A DNA stretch of 64,000 nucleotides from Xylographa opegraphella (taxonomy: Eukaryota): contig JALDZX010000013.1 of the NCBI GenBank assembly GCA_022813865.1, forward strand, positions 248,001 through 312,000. The letters run 5' to 3'. The notes beneath the pieces are model-generated. The model saw only the letters and a program-made list of their open reading frames with translations. It was not told where the DNA came from and did no database searches. Shown one piece after another: positions 1 to 12,153 of this stretch. The position numbers and the translations under genes were made by a program. The stretch's first letter is position 1, and the number at the start of each line of letters is the position of its first letter.

Positions 1-2025
1 ACTATTAATTCCGATACTATCGAGGATCTATACAGTCCTCTCAAGCGTACCAGAGACCCTCCCTCTCCGCCTATAATCAGAAGAAGCAAGGCAGCATGTC
101 TGAAAGTAGACGGACCGCTTACGCCACCACGATCCGAATTACCTCCACCGTGGAAGTCTAAGAACGTGTCATTCTCGGAGACACTTGTGCAGATCATCCC
201 AGATCTTCTCTCTCAAATCCCTAATCCCAAAGACACATCTTCGGAAGACATCGATCGTTTTTTTGCAGAAGTCGTCCGCCCAATCGCGGAACAAGCGGAT
301 CGGTGGATAGAACAAGAACAATTACAAGAAGCAGACACAACGATCAGAGTCAAAGTGCCAATCATGGATTTCGCTCGTCCCATAGCACCATGGAAGCAAT
401 TTCTGACTGAGAAGCGAGATTTCAAATTGCAAGGCAAGCTGCTCCAAGAAATCAAACATGACCATCTCAGCAACTGCTTCTGGCCGTTATCTGGTAAAGC
501 AGAGCGCGCCCTCCAGTGGTCTCCCTTTCCTTCGAACCTAGCCAGAGTGGCAATAGAAGAATTCATAGATGATGATCCGGCCCTGGAAGAACTGATTACT
601 CAACCGGAACTTATCGATCCCATGACTTTAGTATGGAAACTGGATGGTATACGAATTATGGACAGCGAAGATTCGGATACAGCAGAAATTGAGGTTGGCC
701 ACTTTCCAGAAACCGTTGACATGAAGAGCCTGATCAGGAAGCGTAAGATGGACCTGCAAGAAGACATGATTAACTCAGGTTTGGTTCTGCCATCAAAGGT
801 TGTCAAAGATGATTTTCACGATGGGTTATCAAACAATTACGAGCTATTCGGGAGTTTCTTCTCCGCCCTTAGCGCCCTGGATCATTTCACAAGCATTCGG
901 ACCGGGGAAGTGAAACGGAAAAGGCTTGAGACGAGTTCATACCTTGCAAAAGGAACCGACATTGCAAGACCTGAACCGCATCCGACCATCAACAGTCCAG
1001 CTGTCATATCTATCCATACGCCTCTTCCAAGCCTCGACAGACCGCCAATATCTCTTCCCGAATTCATCATTCCAAGCTCGCCTCGCGCGTTCGTAATCCC
1101 TACCTCACTCCTACTTAAACGTCCGCTCTTCCGCTTGATTCAGAAGCTCTACCCGACCGCTGAATTTATCGAACGCGACTTTACTCTCCACAGCACCCCC
1201 AGCGTCCCCTTCGTGGCCTCCAAACAATATTCTAAGCCCCTGACTCCCACCAGCCCTCTCCTACATGAAGCCGATATCATCCTCTCTCCATCAACAGGCC
1301 TCTTTCTCGCCACTCTTGCTCAAATCGCGCAGCGCCCCCTTCCTGGTAGCACTGGCCTACCACCCATCTACGACCGCATCCTCCACACCGCACCACGCTA
1401 CGAAAGCCTTATCATCCTCGTCAGCGACCTTTCGGCCGCCAATACAGGAATAACAACCTCCCTGGCGCCTCTACGTTCCCTCCACGCCTTCTGCGCGTCC
1501 CTCCCACTTTCCACCCCGCCTTCCATAATCTTCGTCCCCGCCAGCACTCCCACAGCGCCTTCATCCCATCACGAGCCCCTTCTTCCGCTCGCAACGTACA
1601 CCATCCACCTCATGACCACGCACAGCCTCCCCTCAGAGATCATCTCGCTCTCCCCTACCGCACCTACCGCGCTGCGCCTCCATCAGGAAGAAACAACCTG
1701 GGAAGTCTTCCTCCGCCGCGCCGGGCTTAACGCTTTCGCCGCGCAAGCCGTGCTGGCGGCGCTGCGACCACCAGTACTGAACAGGGAGTGGGGTGAGTTG
1801 GATGCTCAAGCGGCTGGGACGAACGGAGTGAGTGTGGGTGGTGTTTTCGCTGACAGAAGGGGTTGGACGGTCAAGGATAGATGCGGGGAGGAGAGCACGC
1901 TGTGGGGGTTGGCGGCCTTTGTGCGGATGGGGCCGGAGGAGAGGATAAGGAGGTTTGAGGGCTTGCTTGGGGGAAGGGGGATGTTGGAGAGAGTGGGGAG
2001 GGCGTTGGATGAGCGGTGGGGGTGA
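1..2025 (+). CDS. Conserved fungal protein, 5'-truncated by the window edge; probable Zip2/SHOC1-like (XPF-like plus HhH-like C-terminus)
   Basis: Frame 1 is open from base 1 (TINSDTIEDLYSPL...LKVDGPLTPP) to TGA at 2023-2025. Motifs EFIERD, EADIILSPSTG, YESLIILV and EETTWEVFLRRAGLNAFAAQAVL. The CDS itself is solid; the family call is inference. Confidence 0.6.
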   Translation, partial: TINSDTIEDLYSPLKRTRDPPSPPIIRRSKAACLKVDGPLTPPRSELPPPWKSKNVSFSETLVQIIPDLLSQIPNPKDTSSEDIDRFFAEVVRPIAEQADRWIEQEQLQEADTTIRVKVPIMDFARPIAPWKQFLTEKRDFKLQGKLLQEIKHDHLSNCFWPLSGKAERALQWSPFPSNLARVAIEEFIDDDPALEELITQPELIDPMTLVWKLDGIRIMDSEDSDTAEIEVGHFPETVDMKSLIRKRKMDLQEDMINSGLVLPSKVVKDDFHDGLSNNYELFGSFFSALSALDHFTSIRTGEVKRKRLETSSYLAKGTDIARPEPHPTINSPAVISIHTPLPSLDRPPISLPEFIIPSSPRAFVIPTSLLLKRPLFRLIQKLYPTAEFIERDFTLHSTPSVPFVASKQYSKPLTPTSPLLHEADIILSPSTGLFLATLAQIAQRPLPGSTGLPPIYDRILHTAPRYESLIILVSDLSAANTGITTSLAPLRSLHAFCASLPLSTPPSIIFVPASTPTAPSSHHEPLLPLATYTIHLMTTHSLPSEIISLSPTAPTALRLHQEETTWEVFLRRAGLNAFAAQAVLAALRPPVLNREWGELDAQAAGTNGVSVGGVFADRRGWTVKDRCGEESTLWGLAAFVRMGPEERIRRFEGLLGGRGMLERVGRALDERWG

Positions 2026-2174
2026 TGGTGAAGGAAGCGCACGATAGTGATAAATATTCGCGTGGTCCCGGAGATCAATGTGATTCGTGGTGCGCTGACT
2101 AGGTCGTGCTCTGAGAATTTCAACTTTGCGTATTATGTCGGGTCGCTTCCTGACCTCAGCTTTGTCCCTCGCAG

Positions 2175-2194
2175 GCTTCGCTTCGCTTCGCTTC
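2175..2194. repeat. (GCTTC)4 microsatellite
   Basis: gcttcgcttcgcttcgcttc between two convergent genes. Confidence 0.8.
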
Positions 2195-2394
2195 TCGGTT
2201 TGGCAGTTGCGCATCCCAGCTTAGGCCAGCCCAGCTTCGCCTCGCCTAGCTGAGACGCTCTCCAGAACAAGCACTGTATATACTTCACACCCCACCCAAA
2301 TTACCCATCTCCCCCCATCACTTCCTCTCCCCGCTCTCGAATCTCCCCACCCCGCACCTTCCCAATCCCTTCCCCACTCTCACAGACCCGACAA

Positions 2395-4240
2395 TCAAAG
2401 CCCCCCACCCCCCCACACCCACCCCACGACCACCACGCCCCCCACCACCCACCAACTCAGCTCCCTCCCCCTGCCCACCCCGCCCAACACCCCCCCTCCC
2501 CAACCGCCCGTCCCCGTCGGCGCCGCGAGCGTCGTGCCCGCCATCGCCACGCCCCCCGGCCCCACCACCACCGTCTGGCCCCCCACCACGACCGTCGTCG
2601 CCGGCGCGCCTTGCCCGACCGCGTAGCCCGTGCCAGAGATGTAGGCTTCGCCCGAGGCGAGGGAGATGAGCGGGGTGGGGAGGAGGGTTCTTTGGGGGAT
2701 GAGACCGGAGGGGCCGGCGGTGAAGATCTCCCCGTTGATGGTGAGGGGTGTGCCTGCGTGGATGGGGACGGGCGTGCCGGCGATGAGGGCGAGGGTGGGG
2801 TTTGCGGCGAGGGGGTGCGCGGCGAGCGTTAGGGCCGTGAGGGTGGGTGCTGCTGCGGCGGGGAGGAGGGTGGTGGTGGAGGGGAGGAGGAGGGTGGTGG
2901 AGGGGAAGATGATGCCTGAGGGGCCGATGGTGAGGAGGAGGGTGCCGATGAGGGTGGTTAGGGCGGGGTGGGAGGGGGAGAGGGCGTAGGTGGTGGCGTT
3001 TATGATGGCCGTGTTGCCGGTGAGGGTGATGGGGAGGTTGGCGATTGTGGTTGTGAGGGGTTGTGCTGGTGGGGGTGATGCGGGTGGGAGAGAGAGGGTG
3101 AGGCCGCCCGGGGCGAGGACTTGGGAGGGGAGCAGGGTGAATGTTTGGCCGGATATGGTGACGGGCGTGGGGGTCGAGGGGGGCGCGAAGGTTTGCGTGC
3201 CGATGATGATGGCTGAGGGGGCCAGGGCGACGGGGATGTTGTTGATTATGAGGGATGTGGGTGGGGGGGTGGGCGGGTTTGCGGGGCTATGTCCGCTTTG
3301 TGGGGGGGTGCTGGCGGGTTGGTTGGATGCGCTGTCGGGTGCGCTGTCGGGGGGGGGTTGCTCGCTTGGTGGCGCGGGGCCGGGGGTTGGGGAGGTGGAA
3401 AGGCTGTTGAAGATCGACTGGATGATGGCCGCGAGGGCGGAGCTCGGGGTGGATACGGGCTGTTGCTCCGGGGAGGGCGCCGGTGCGCCGGGGGTGCTGA
3501 TGGCGGGCGCCGGGTTCAGGTCCAACGTCTTCGCGAGGTCGCCGAGCGGTGTCGGGGACGGCGTCTGCAGAATAACCACGGGCGTTTTCTGCACTCGTGT
3601 GAGACGCCATGAGTGGCGGCGCAGGGGGGAGGAGCTGGGGGGGGGGGTACGTTACCTTTGTCACGAGGATGGTGGAACTGCGGGATGCGATGTTGATGGG
3701 GCCGGTGGGGATCATGTTCGTTAGCGGACCGGTGTCTCCGCCCGGGCCGCCGTCGGAGTAGCTTTGGGAGAAGGCGATGTGGGAGCAGAGAGGGAGTGGG
3801 GTGATGTAGATGGGCGTTGGGGTGATGAGGGTGTTCGATAGGGTTATGGTCGCGGGGATGACGATCGTGCTGGTAACGTAGATGGCCAAGGGGTCGACGG
3901 TTCCGGAGCAGGTGCTTGTGGCGGGATTTGGGTCGCCTGCATTAGGATCGGATGGAGGGGCGTTGGGCGAGGGGGAGGCGGTGATGTGTAAGGGGGAGGG
4001 ACCGAGGTAATGATTCTCTGTTGTTATGGTGCCTGTTGTGGAAGGTTGTAGGGCGGTGGTGACGTTACTCGATAGAGAACTTGTCGCTGATGTGCCAGTG
4101 TCTGTTGTGAGGGGGCCTGCAATATCTGTAAATCGGGATCAATGATGCTAGTGAATGCACTCACGATTTGCGATTTGAGCGCCGAGCGGTGTGATCAGAG
4201 GCTGTAGTAAGAGGTAGAGAAACAGACACTTTGAAGCCAT
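2395..4240 (-). CDS. Secreted Thr/Pro/Ser-rich cell-surface protein, probably GPI-anchored (~579 aa)
   Basis: Exons 4240-4165, 4125-3656 and 3588-2395 join in frame across GT-AG introns 4164-4126 and 3655-3589. Signal-peptide-like N-terminus MASKCLFLYLLLQPLITPLGA, T/P-rich body, repeated T(I/V)xGxT units, hydrophobic C-terminus WWVVGGVVVVGWVW. Confidence 0.7.
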
Positions 4241-5792
4241 TTTCGCTGATTAAGGCTGCGTGAGAGTTGTCAATGAGATGGAAAGAGTGGCGAAGTTGTT
4301 GGCGTATAGAAGAGCGAATGCAACGAATGACAGAACGGACAGCAAATTAATCGTGATAGAACACGAAAGCAAAACGAATGAACGGACGACTTGACACAAG
4401 TCTGCAAAGAATGATAGAAGAGCTCTCGTCGGAAAACCGAGTAGAGAGGATGATAGAAGCAGAAACACCAGACGAGGTCACTCATCAACGGGATCCTTCG
4501 ACTGGAACCGCTATTTCGTCACCAACATAGGCTGATCATCTTCTCCGTTCAAGGAGTACGACTATCCGCATTCAGCGCAAGGCGTCGGAGTTGAGCTAAC
4601 ACGAAGAGCCCGCCATCGCCATGGAAAAAAGCTCAATCGAGAACCGGCCATTCTTCGTGCCACATTACCCTCAGCCGCCATGCGTACGAAGAATCAGATA
4701 ATCAACGACAGCCATAGGACGCAGAAGCAATTTGGTGACGTTGTAAGGCGTGGGCTGCAAGCTTCCCTGGATCTCCTCCCATGATCCCGGAAGGCCATGT
4801 TGCTCAGCCCCCCGTCCATCTGCAGACTGCAGCTAGAGAACAGCTCGTCAGAGAACCATGTAAGGCACAGCATCGTGATTGACATCAAGATTGGATCAGG
4901 GGCCGACCGAGCGTGGCTTGTGGCGAATAGTCGGCCCAATCGCAACATGTAAGACAGTATCCCGAAGAAGGTCGTGATACAACAGGGCGAAGATGATTCA
5001 GGGGCTGGACTACGACCAGCCCGTTAAGGTTCCGTCTAAGTCGAAGTGGTTTAGCGCGAGATCTGGACGAGCTTGATTCAACCTCAGCCGGCTTTTCTTT
5101 TCTCAACCTTTTCTTCTCAGCTTCTCAGCTTCTCAGCGTGCGACTCCGTGACGGCTACTCCGGTTGTCCTGCTGGCGTGAACAGCTAAGCATGCGAGCCA
5201 CGGACATGATCGCGTCTGTCACTACGGACATGTGCAAACACACTACTCGTAAGATGAAGTCGTGCTTCCGAGTAGCGCCACGTCCGAGATTGCTCAAGTA
5301 CAGTGCGGCGCAAAAAGTTAGGTAGCTGATTGATACACCCTAACCCCCAGCCGCACCTGCATTACATCCCAGCATGTTTGCTGCAATAGGCACATGGCTG
5401 ATGAATAAGGTAGATCGACCTTGGTTAAGAACCGTACGATGAGTCTAGCCGGGTTGAGGTTGATGGCCATGGCACGAGGATTTCGTCGCCATCTGTTTCA
5501 TTCTGTTCCGTTTCAACCATGCTCCTGCATTCCGTGGTGACAATGCTTGTAGCTGTGCTTGGGTATCCTTGTAATACCCAAATTTCGATGTTCATTTCGG
5601 CTTCTTTACCCGTGGAGGTCTTCAGATCTTACACAATTGCTCCTATTACCACGTAAATCTCGGTATGTTGATTTATGGTTCTTGAGTATCCACGCCTGCG
5701 ATTGTCTTCGACAGATGACTGGAACGACGTCCGTATGAGAATCGTTGCCAACTGTGCTACAGTTGATGCAGGATCCTTCGGCGCTCTTCAAG

Positions 5793-7785
5793 ATGCGTTC
5801 GCCGTCCGGTCTGGTGAATGAGCCGATTGTGCTGTATCTTGCGTCGGTCTTGTTGACCTTATGTTCTCTTGTTAAGGCAGCCAATCCTTCAGCCAACTCA
5901 GTTCCTGCACAGACGGAGTGGGTTGGAAATGATGGTAGTTGGAGCACGTAAGCATCAAGATTTTCCTTCTTCCGAGAGAAATGGAAATTCACCTTTATCA
6001 GTGTCACAATTCGCGTCGGAAACCCTCCTCAATGGCTCAATGTGTTGCCAAGCACTGCATCTCAAGAAACATGGGTGATTGGGCAGGACGGATGTGGACA
6101 GTCGGGACCTACTATATGCTCAACCGATCGTGGCGGTCTGTTCTCGGTGAATACCTCGAGTTCTTGGCAAACTGTGGGTGGATACGATCTCGGATTAGAT
6201 ACCCAGTTGTTTGGACTAGGCTCAGGATACTATGGCTATGACAATATAGCTCTTTCCGAGAATGTGTCTGTGCCGAGTCAAGTGATATCTGTTGTCAACG
6301 AAACACAATATTGGCTTGGATTCCTAGGCTTGGGAACGAAAGCAAGTAACTTCACAAACGTGGACAAGCCTACCTTCCTGTCATCGCTGGCAAATCAAAC
6401 TATTCCCAGTCTTTCATACTCATATACTGCTGGAGCGCCATATCGTAAGTTCCATTGATGATCTTTGCTTGCAGCAGCTTATATTTCCAGAGCTCAAACA
6501 GGTGCCGTCGTCTCTCGTTCTGGGAGGTATGGACTTGAATAGATACTATCCACATAACGCCACTTTCGCACTCGATCCGGATCTAAACCCTGTTGTATCA
6601 ATTAATCAGGTGACTATAGCCGCCAATCCGCCGCCAACGTCCAGCATCAGCAATTCATGGTCAGGGCAGAAGCCATATACGTTGTTCGAGACTTCAGATG
6701 CCGACCTTTTCACGATTGACTCGACCACACCATTCCTTTGGCTTCCTGAAGCGGTTTGCACAAGACTGGAAGCTGCGTTTGACATTGTGTACAACGAAGT
6801 TCTTCAGTTATATCTTTTAAATACGACTCAACAACAGACATTAGCGAACGCAAACATTTCATTCACCTTCGACCTCTCAGACTATCCAGGATCTTCGAAT
6901 GTTGTATCTCTGCATCTTAGCTACAACGCTTTCGATCTTGCGCTAAGTTATGGATTTCCAGGTCTTGAGAGTGTTTTCCCCCAAATGAACGCAAGTTCTC
7001 CAAGCGTTTCTTATCTCCCGGTGCGGAAGGCTGCTAATTCCACACAATATACGATTGGAAGGATGTTTTTGCAAGAGACTTACCTTATCGTGGACTACCA
7101 GAGAAACAACTTCTCTATCTCGCAGGCAAAGTTCGAATTAGATGCGATAGACAATCAATCTTTGATGGACATCGAACCCCCTAGCACCGACGCTGCAGCA
7201 GCAACCGATCAGTCATCCCAGGGGCTGACTGCTGGTGCATGGATAGCTACTGCGGTTGGGGCACTCGTCGGATTGGTGATTCTTACATTACTAATCTGCT
7301 TCCTTGTGTTCCGTCGCCGCGCACTGAGCAGGACTCGTCAGGGCCAAGCACACGATACAGTTATCGACCGATGTTTCACGAAGTGGTTTGTAGACAACAA
7401 GAAGCATGAATTTGTCGCTGAGATAGACATTGGCAAATCGGAGAAGCCAGCAGAAATGGACGCCGGTGAAGTCCCGGAACTGCCCACCGATTTGCACAAG
7501 GCGATAGAATTACCGATCAGTGAGAAATATCTGGGAAACTGTGTGGTTATCCCGTTTGGCCATGATCCCCAAGCGCCAATCGAGTTGCCTTCAGATGCTG
7601 CATCATTCCGAACTGCGAATAGAAGTTTGGAAGATGTCAGCCCTGTCTCCGAAGGAATGTCAGATCATTCGGTGCGAGAGTCCGATCATAATGGTAGCTG
7701 GTGGGACGAGTCATCCGAGTCGACGTCGCCTATATTCAGCCCTGTTGAGTTGGAGGCTCGAACGTTGAAGCCAGTGTATTTCTAG
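5793..7785 (+). CDS. Membrane-anchored pepsin-like (peptidase A1) protein, probably catalytically inactive (~630 aa)
   Basis: Exons 5793-5947, 6002-6444, 6491-7785. Signal peptide, then GNDGSWST, IRVGNPPQ, LGFLGLG, SLSYSYTAGA, SLVLGG, IDSTTPFLWLP, IGRMFLQETYLIVDY. One TM helix followed by RRR. Confidence 0.85.
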
Positions 7786-8548
7786 ATATCAAGATTCGAC
7801 TTATAATCTGCTGTTGGGAAAGGGGGGCAACGAGTCAATCTTGTCTCATCAATCATCTTCGAACACAAACGACATCTTCGAGAGCTTGGCCAAGCTCTTC
7901 GAATATAAGGGCACTCCAGGGCATGCTCCTTAATTTCAATAATATATCACTCTATATGAGTGAAGCCGCAGCACGAAGAAGATAGGTCGAAAGCATCTAA
8001 GGCCGTATGGCTGAGGAGGAATAAGAAACTGGTTTCGGGAAGTGCATGTCGACTATAGCCAGATGAAGGGATTTGAGTATTGGCTGGATCGCTTGTATTT
8101 GAACCTATTTCGACATTTGGAGTAGCCTCAGATCCAGCTATATTGACTCAAGCCCCTGAGGGCTTGTGCTGAGAAATGAGTCTGGCGCGTCTGTTCATAC
8201 TTCAATTCATGTCAACAACGAAGGCTCTACAATGTGGTTCTTGGATATAGAATGTCAAGGGGCATGTCGCTTACCTCAGTCCACTCGATTCACCATGCCT
8301 CGATCTATATCCTGCACGATGGTCAAGGAATAGTTATCTTGTACCTCCTACGAATATAGACGCCTTACAAGCGCGTTTACTTCTATCCACGCTATTGAAC
8401 GGGAACAGTCTTACTCAGGTCTGCCCATTATGGGCACAACACATTCGAACTCCACAGTGGTCGCCAACTTCTCTTACAAAATCCCATTCGAACCGGCCTT
8501 GTTTGGATTTATATCAGGTTGTTCCGACCTTGGTTGGTGGTTGAAATC

Positions 8549-10279
8549 ATGAGTTTTCCGCCTGATTTACTTGTATTCGCGCTTTTTATGAGTTTCACTA
8601 TGACCGTGATGGGAGCTCGACTGGTTATGCAGAAGTTCAGACATATCAAATTCAACAACGGAGATCGTCTCACAATATTAGCAATAGTCTGTCTTCTAGT
8701 CAGTCTGGAAAGTGCTATTATGGTTGGGTATTACGGAAGTAACAGTCGGTGGTCTACAGCTTCCTAATAATTGAGCTCGATCCTCACAGTCCGTGAGCCT
8801 AACTGACTCCAAACTCGACAGATATGTCGCCAGAAAATAGGAGGATTATCGAAACCACTCCTGAACTGATTTATCGCGCCCAAACAGGCAGTCAGTTCGT
8901 GGTAGTTCTTCGGGTCTTCTACACTACTTAGTGAGTGTTCTCCGATTCGACCATTTACGGCTCCAAACCTCAGTTATTTTTGTGAGCTGACATAGTGTGG
9001 CTTATTCTAGTCTATGGCTCCTGAAGTATATTGCTCTAGGCTTATGTAGACGCTTGATGCAAAGCACATCTGGGCATCGCAAGGTTTTCACAGCTTACAA
9101 TGTTATACTTCTCATTTCCTGGATTGCAGCTTTCATAACCACCTTCTCGGAATGTCGGCCCATTACTCTTTACTGGCAGGTCGTGCCAGATCCGGGCTCT
9201 TGTGTTCAGGCTAGTATCTGGAATTTCACGTATGGTAGGATGAGTTCTGGCGTTCGCGATTAAGCGTCAAGTGTTGACAATATTCTAGGGTCTCTGAACA
9301 TATTCACTAATGTCATTATTGTCATCCTTCCCTTGGCAACGCTTCTGAGAACTCCGTTCTCCAGGTCTCGGTAAGGCACTTCTGCTCCTCCCTTACTTGG
9401 GCGAGACGTACTGTATCTAGAATCTGGGTTCAGTATGCACAATCCGCGAATAACACCGCTGACGTTATATATGAAAACAGAAACTTGTATATTGCCTTAC
9501 TATATTGCGTCTCCATCTGTTCCATTACGTCAACCACTACACGCCTCATCTATTACACAAAGGACCCAAGCAATGTCTTGAATCAAGCGATTTGGGGTGG
9601 ATTAGAGTGTCTGACCGCAGCTCATATCGTAGTTGCGCCTACACTGTGCTCGCTGTTCAGCAGCCCGGCCGATAAAAGGAGGGACGAGCAAGTAAAGACC
9701 AATTCTCAAGGCATGGGAAACGGTAGCACCGAGAACATTATCTCTCCCATCTCGAATGCCCATGGAAATATGACCAGCAGCAACATCCAGGTCCGTTATC
9801 GTCCAGGTACTACAGCATGGAAAATGTGGCGCGGACACCTCCGTAGGGCTCAGCACTCTCAACACCTCCCTAGTGGCAGGGGAAGATCCATCAGAATGCT
9901 CAACATCCTCCATCCTCGCGCCCCCAGTCCCACAGCCGAGGAGTCATTGACCCATCCTCCGGGACTAGGTAATTACACCACCTGCTGGGCGAACTCGGGA
10001 TGCTTTGCGCGAGCTGGTACTGTCGGGATTATCCGCACTCGAGAAGTCCACGTCACGCGCGAAGCTTGGACGGAAGCGGATGGTGCACCGATCCAGCCAG
10101 GGCGACGCGGAACCAGTCCACGAGCGCTCCCTGTAAGTCGTGAAGCTTGGGCTGATGGGGACGCTGAGGCAGGCGAGGCAGGGCAGAGCCACACTTCGAG
10201 CGTGCGCACGGGGGCGAGCGAGACGGCGCGCAATGGGACAAGGACCTATGGGGATTACTTCGGTTCTTCGAAATGGTAG
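8549..10279 (+). CDS. PTH11-like (fungal rhodopsin-domain) multi-pass membrane protein without CFEM domain
   Basis: Hydrophobic exons separated by GT-AG introns (about 8745-8821, 8931-9010, 9235-9288, 9371-9480). Motifs GDRLTILAI, LWLLK, ECRPITLYWQVVPDPGSC, NIFTNVIIVILPL, WGGLE. Start is uncertain; there is an upstream ATG at 8430. Confidence 0.75.
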
Positions 10280-10704
10280 GACTCCGTGGGACTTGCTTTC
10301 GTAGGATGGCTACGCGCTCTCAAACACAAAACGCATGGCTGTTCTTTCATCTCAAGCCTTTGGGACTGGGTGGTTTCGAAGTTTGGGTCGGGGCTGGAAG
10401 TGATGTGCGTGTAAGGCGCGGTTGTACGAAAAGTTGGTGTGGTGATCATGGAAGCTGGACATAGAGAGCGTGGAGTGGGACACGAATGCTAGCTGAATGT
10501 TCCAGTGTATTTGTATGAGCATGCGACATTTGTTTATATCATCTAATGTAGCATTCATACCAAGGTCGGGAAGTCTCGACACCCAAAATACCCACCGCAC
10601 GGCGATGCCCCATCTATCCTCATAAAACCGCTCCACGCGCCCCGTGCCATGCAACCGAGTCCCGTCTGTCCGTCCCCCACCATCTCCCCTCGAGTCCCGA
10701 CCTC

Positions 10705-11653
10705 TCAACCCAGCACCTTCAACTTCCCCTTCTTCTTCTTCCCCCCCTCCTTCTCCCCCCCTCCCTTCCCCTGAAAATCCCTCCAGCTCCCGATGCGCCC
10801 CTCCCGGCTCTCCTCCCACGCGACCTCATGCTCCCTCTTCCTCTTCCGCGCCTCCACCTCCTCGTCCACGCGCCTCTGCTCCCGGCCCTCCTCCTGCATC
10901 TGCGCCTTCAGCTGCTTCCGCCGGCGGTGCTCGCTGTCGATCAGGACCTCGATCGTCTTCGTGCGCCACGCCTCGCGCATGGCGGCGTCCATGTTGCGGA
11001 TCTCCTCGCTGTCGACTGTGAGCTTCCGCTCGCGCATCAGCAGCATGCGCGCGTCCGCGATGCATTCGTCGAGGCGCGCTCGTGATTTCTCGTCCATCAG
11101 TTCTGTTTGCGCTTTTTTTAGCCGGTCGAAGGCTTCGGGCGCGAGGGGGTTGGAGGTTTTGTCGGGGTGGATGAGGAGGGATTTTTTGCGGTAGGTGAGT
11201 TTGATGTCGGATTCTGGGACGCCCGGTTGGAGGTCGAGCACGGCGTAACTGGCGGAGGTTAGTGAATGGCGAGAGAGAGCAGGGCAGTAGAGGTGGCGTA
11301 CGCGTCGAGCTTGAAGGCTTTGAGGATGCGGTCGATTTCCGCGTCCTAAGGGTGTGGTTAGACTGGGAGCTGGTGAGGAAGGCTGGGAGGGATTGTCAAA
11401 CCTTGTTAAATTCTTTGGCTTCGGATTCGAGAGCATCAAGAGCGGCGAGGCCGTCATTTTCTTCATTTTGCTCCGGTTTGGGTGTGGCTTTGGGGGTGGA
11501 TTTGAGCTCCGTTTTGAAGGGAATTCGAGGCTCGACTGCCGGCTCGAGTTTGGGCCTCACGGTTTGCTCAAGCTTGGATGGTACATCTTTGCCGATCCCA
11601 GGCTTTACGTCTTCCTCAAGCTTGGGATTCTGGATTTCGGGCTCCGACTTCAT
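10705..11653 (-). CDS. spf31: DnaJ-domain protein Spf31/DNAJC8 (~279 aa)
   Basis: Exons 11653-11402, 11345-11302 and 11248-10705 give EAKEFNKDAEIDRILKAFKLDAYAVLDL, a J-domain HPD (LLIHPDK), and a C-terminal WEESREGRIGSWRDF. Confidence 0.9.
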
Positions 11654-12153
11654 GGCTTGTTGTCTGATCTCGTGATTCCTGATTCCCTCGACCTCGATCC
11701 GAGCTTTTTCTCCAATGCTTGCAGCTCCGGTCCAGTGGCGCCCCGGTATCGGTGTAGAAAATGAATTTGAAAGCCCGTCAGCTTCTCCAGTCGTAGATGC
11801 GAAAATATGCGTGCTTCAGAGTCTTTGAGCCTTATGCTTCTCTTCTTGATGCTGCGCTTTGATTGCGTACTACCTCGAGCGGTTTGTTGGGGTAAGTAGA
11901 GCCGTAGCTTGTTCGGTATTGATCCATGAAATCCATTGGAGATATTAAGAGCTGGTGACAAAATCAAGGGGAGCTGAAGCAGTCTCACACGGTCGTTTTT
12001 AGTTGAAACGACAAGCGAGTCCCGCCCTTTCCGCCGCTGGGTCTACCGTTGTCGATAAGCCGAGGCTAGCCCTATGAACAAAAAGTTCCCAAACAGCCCG
12101 CATGTTTCGTTGACAGACTTGCAGAGCGATGGATTCATAGAAAGTGTGGAAAG

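Noticed and set aside
5338..5346. CCCTAACCC (and GGTTAGGGGGTTAG near 48323) as telomere repeat or telomerase RNA template
   Set aside because: Too short, and there is no room for a long telomerase RNA without overlapping coding genes.
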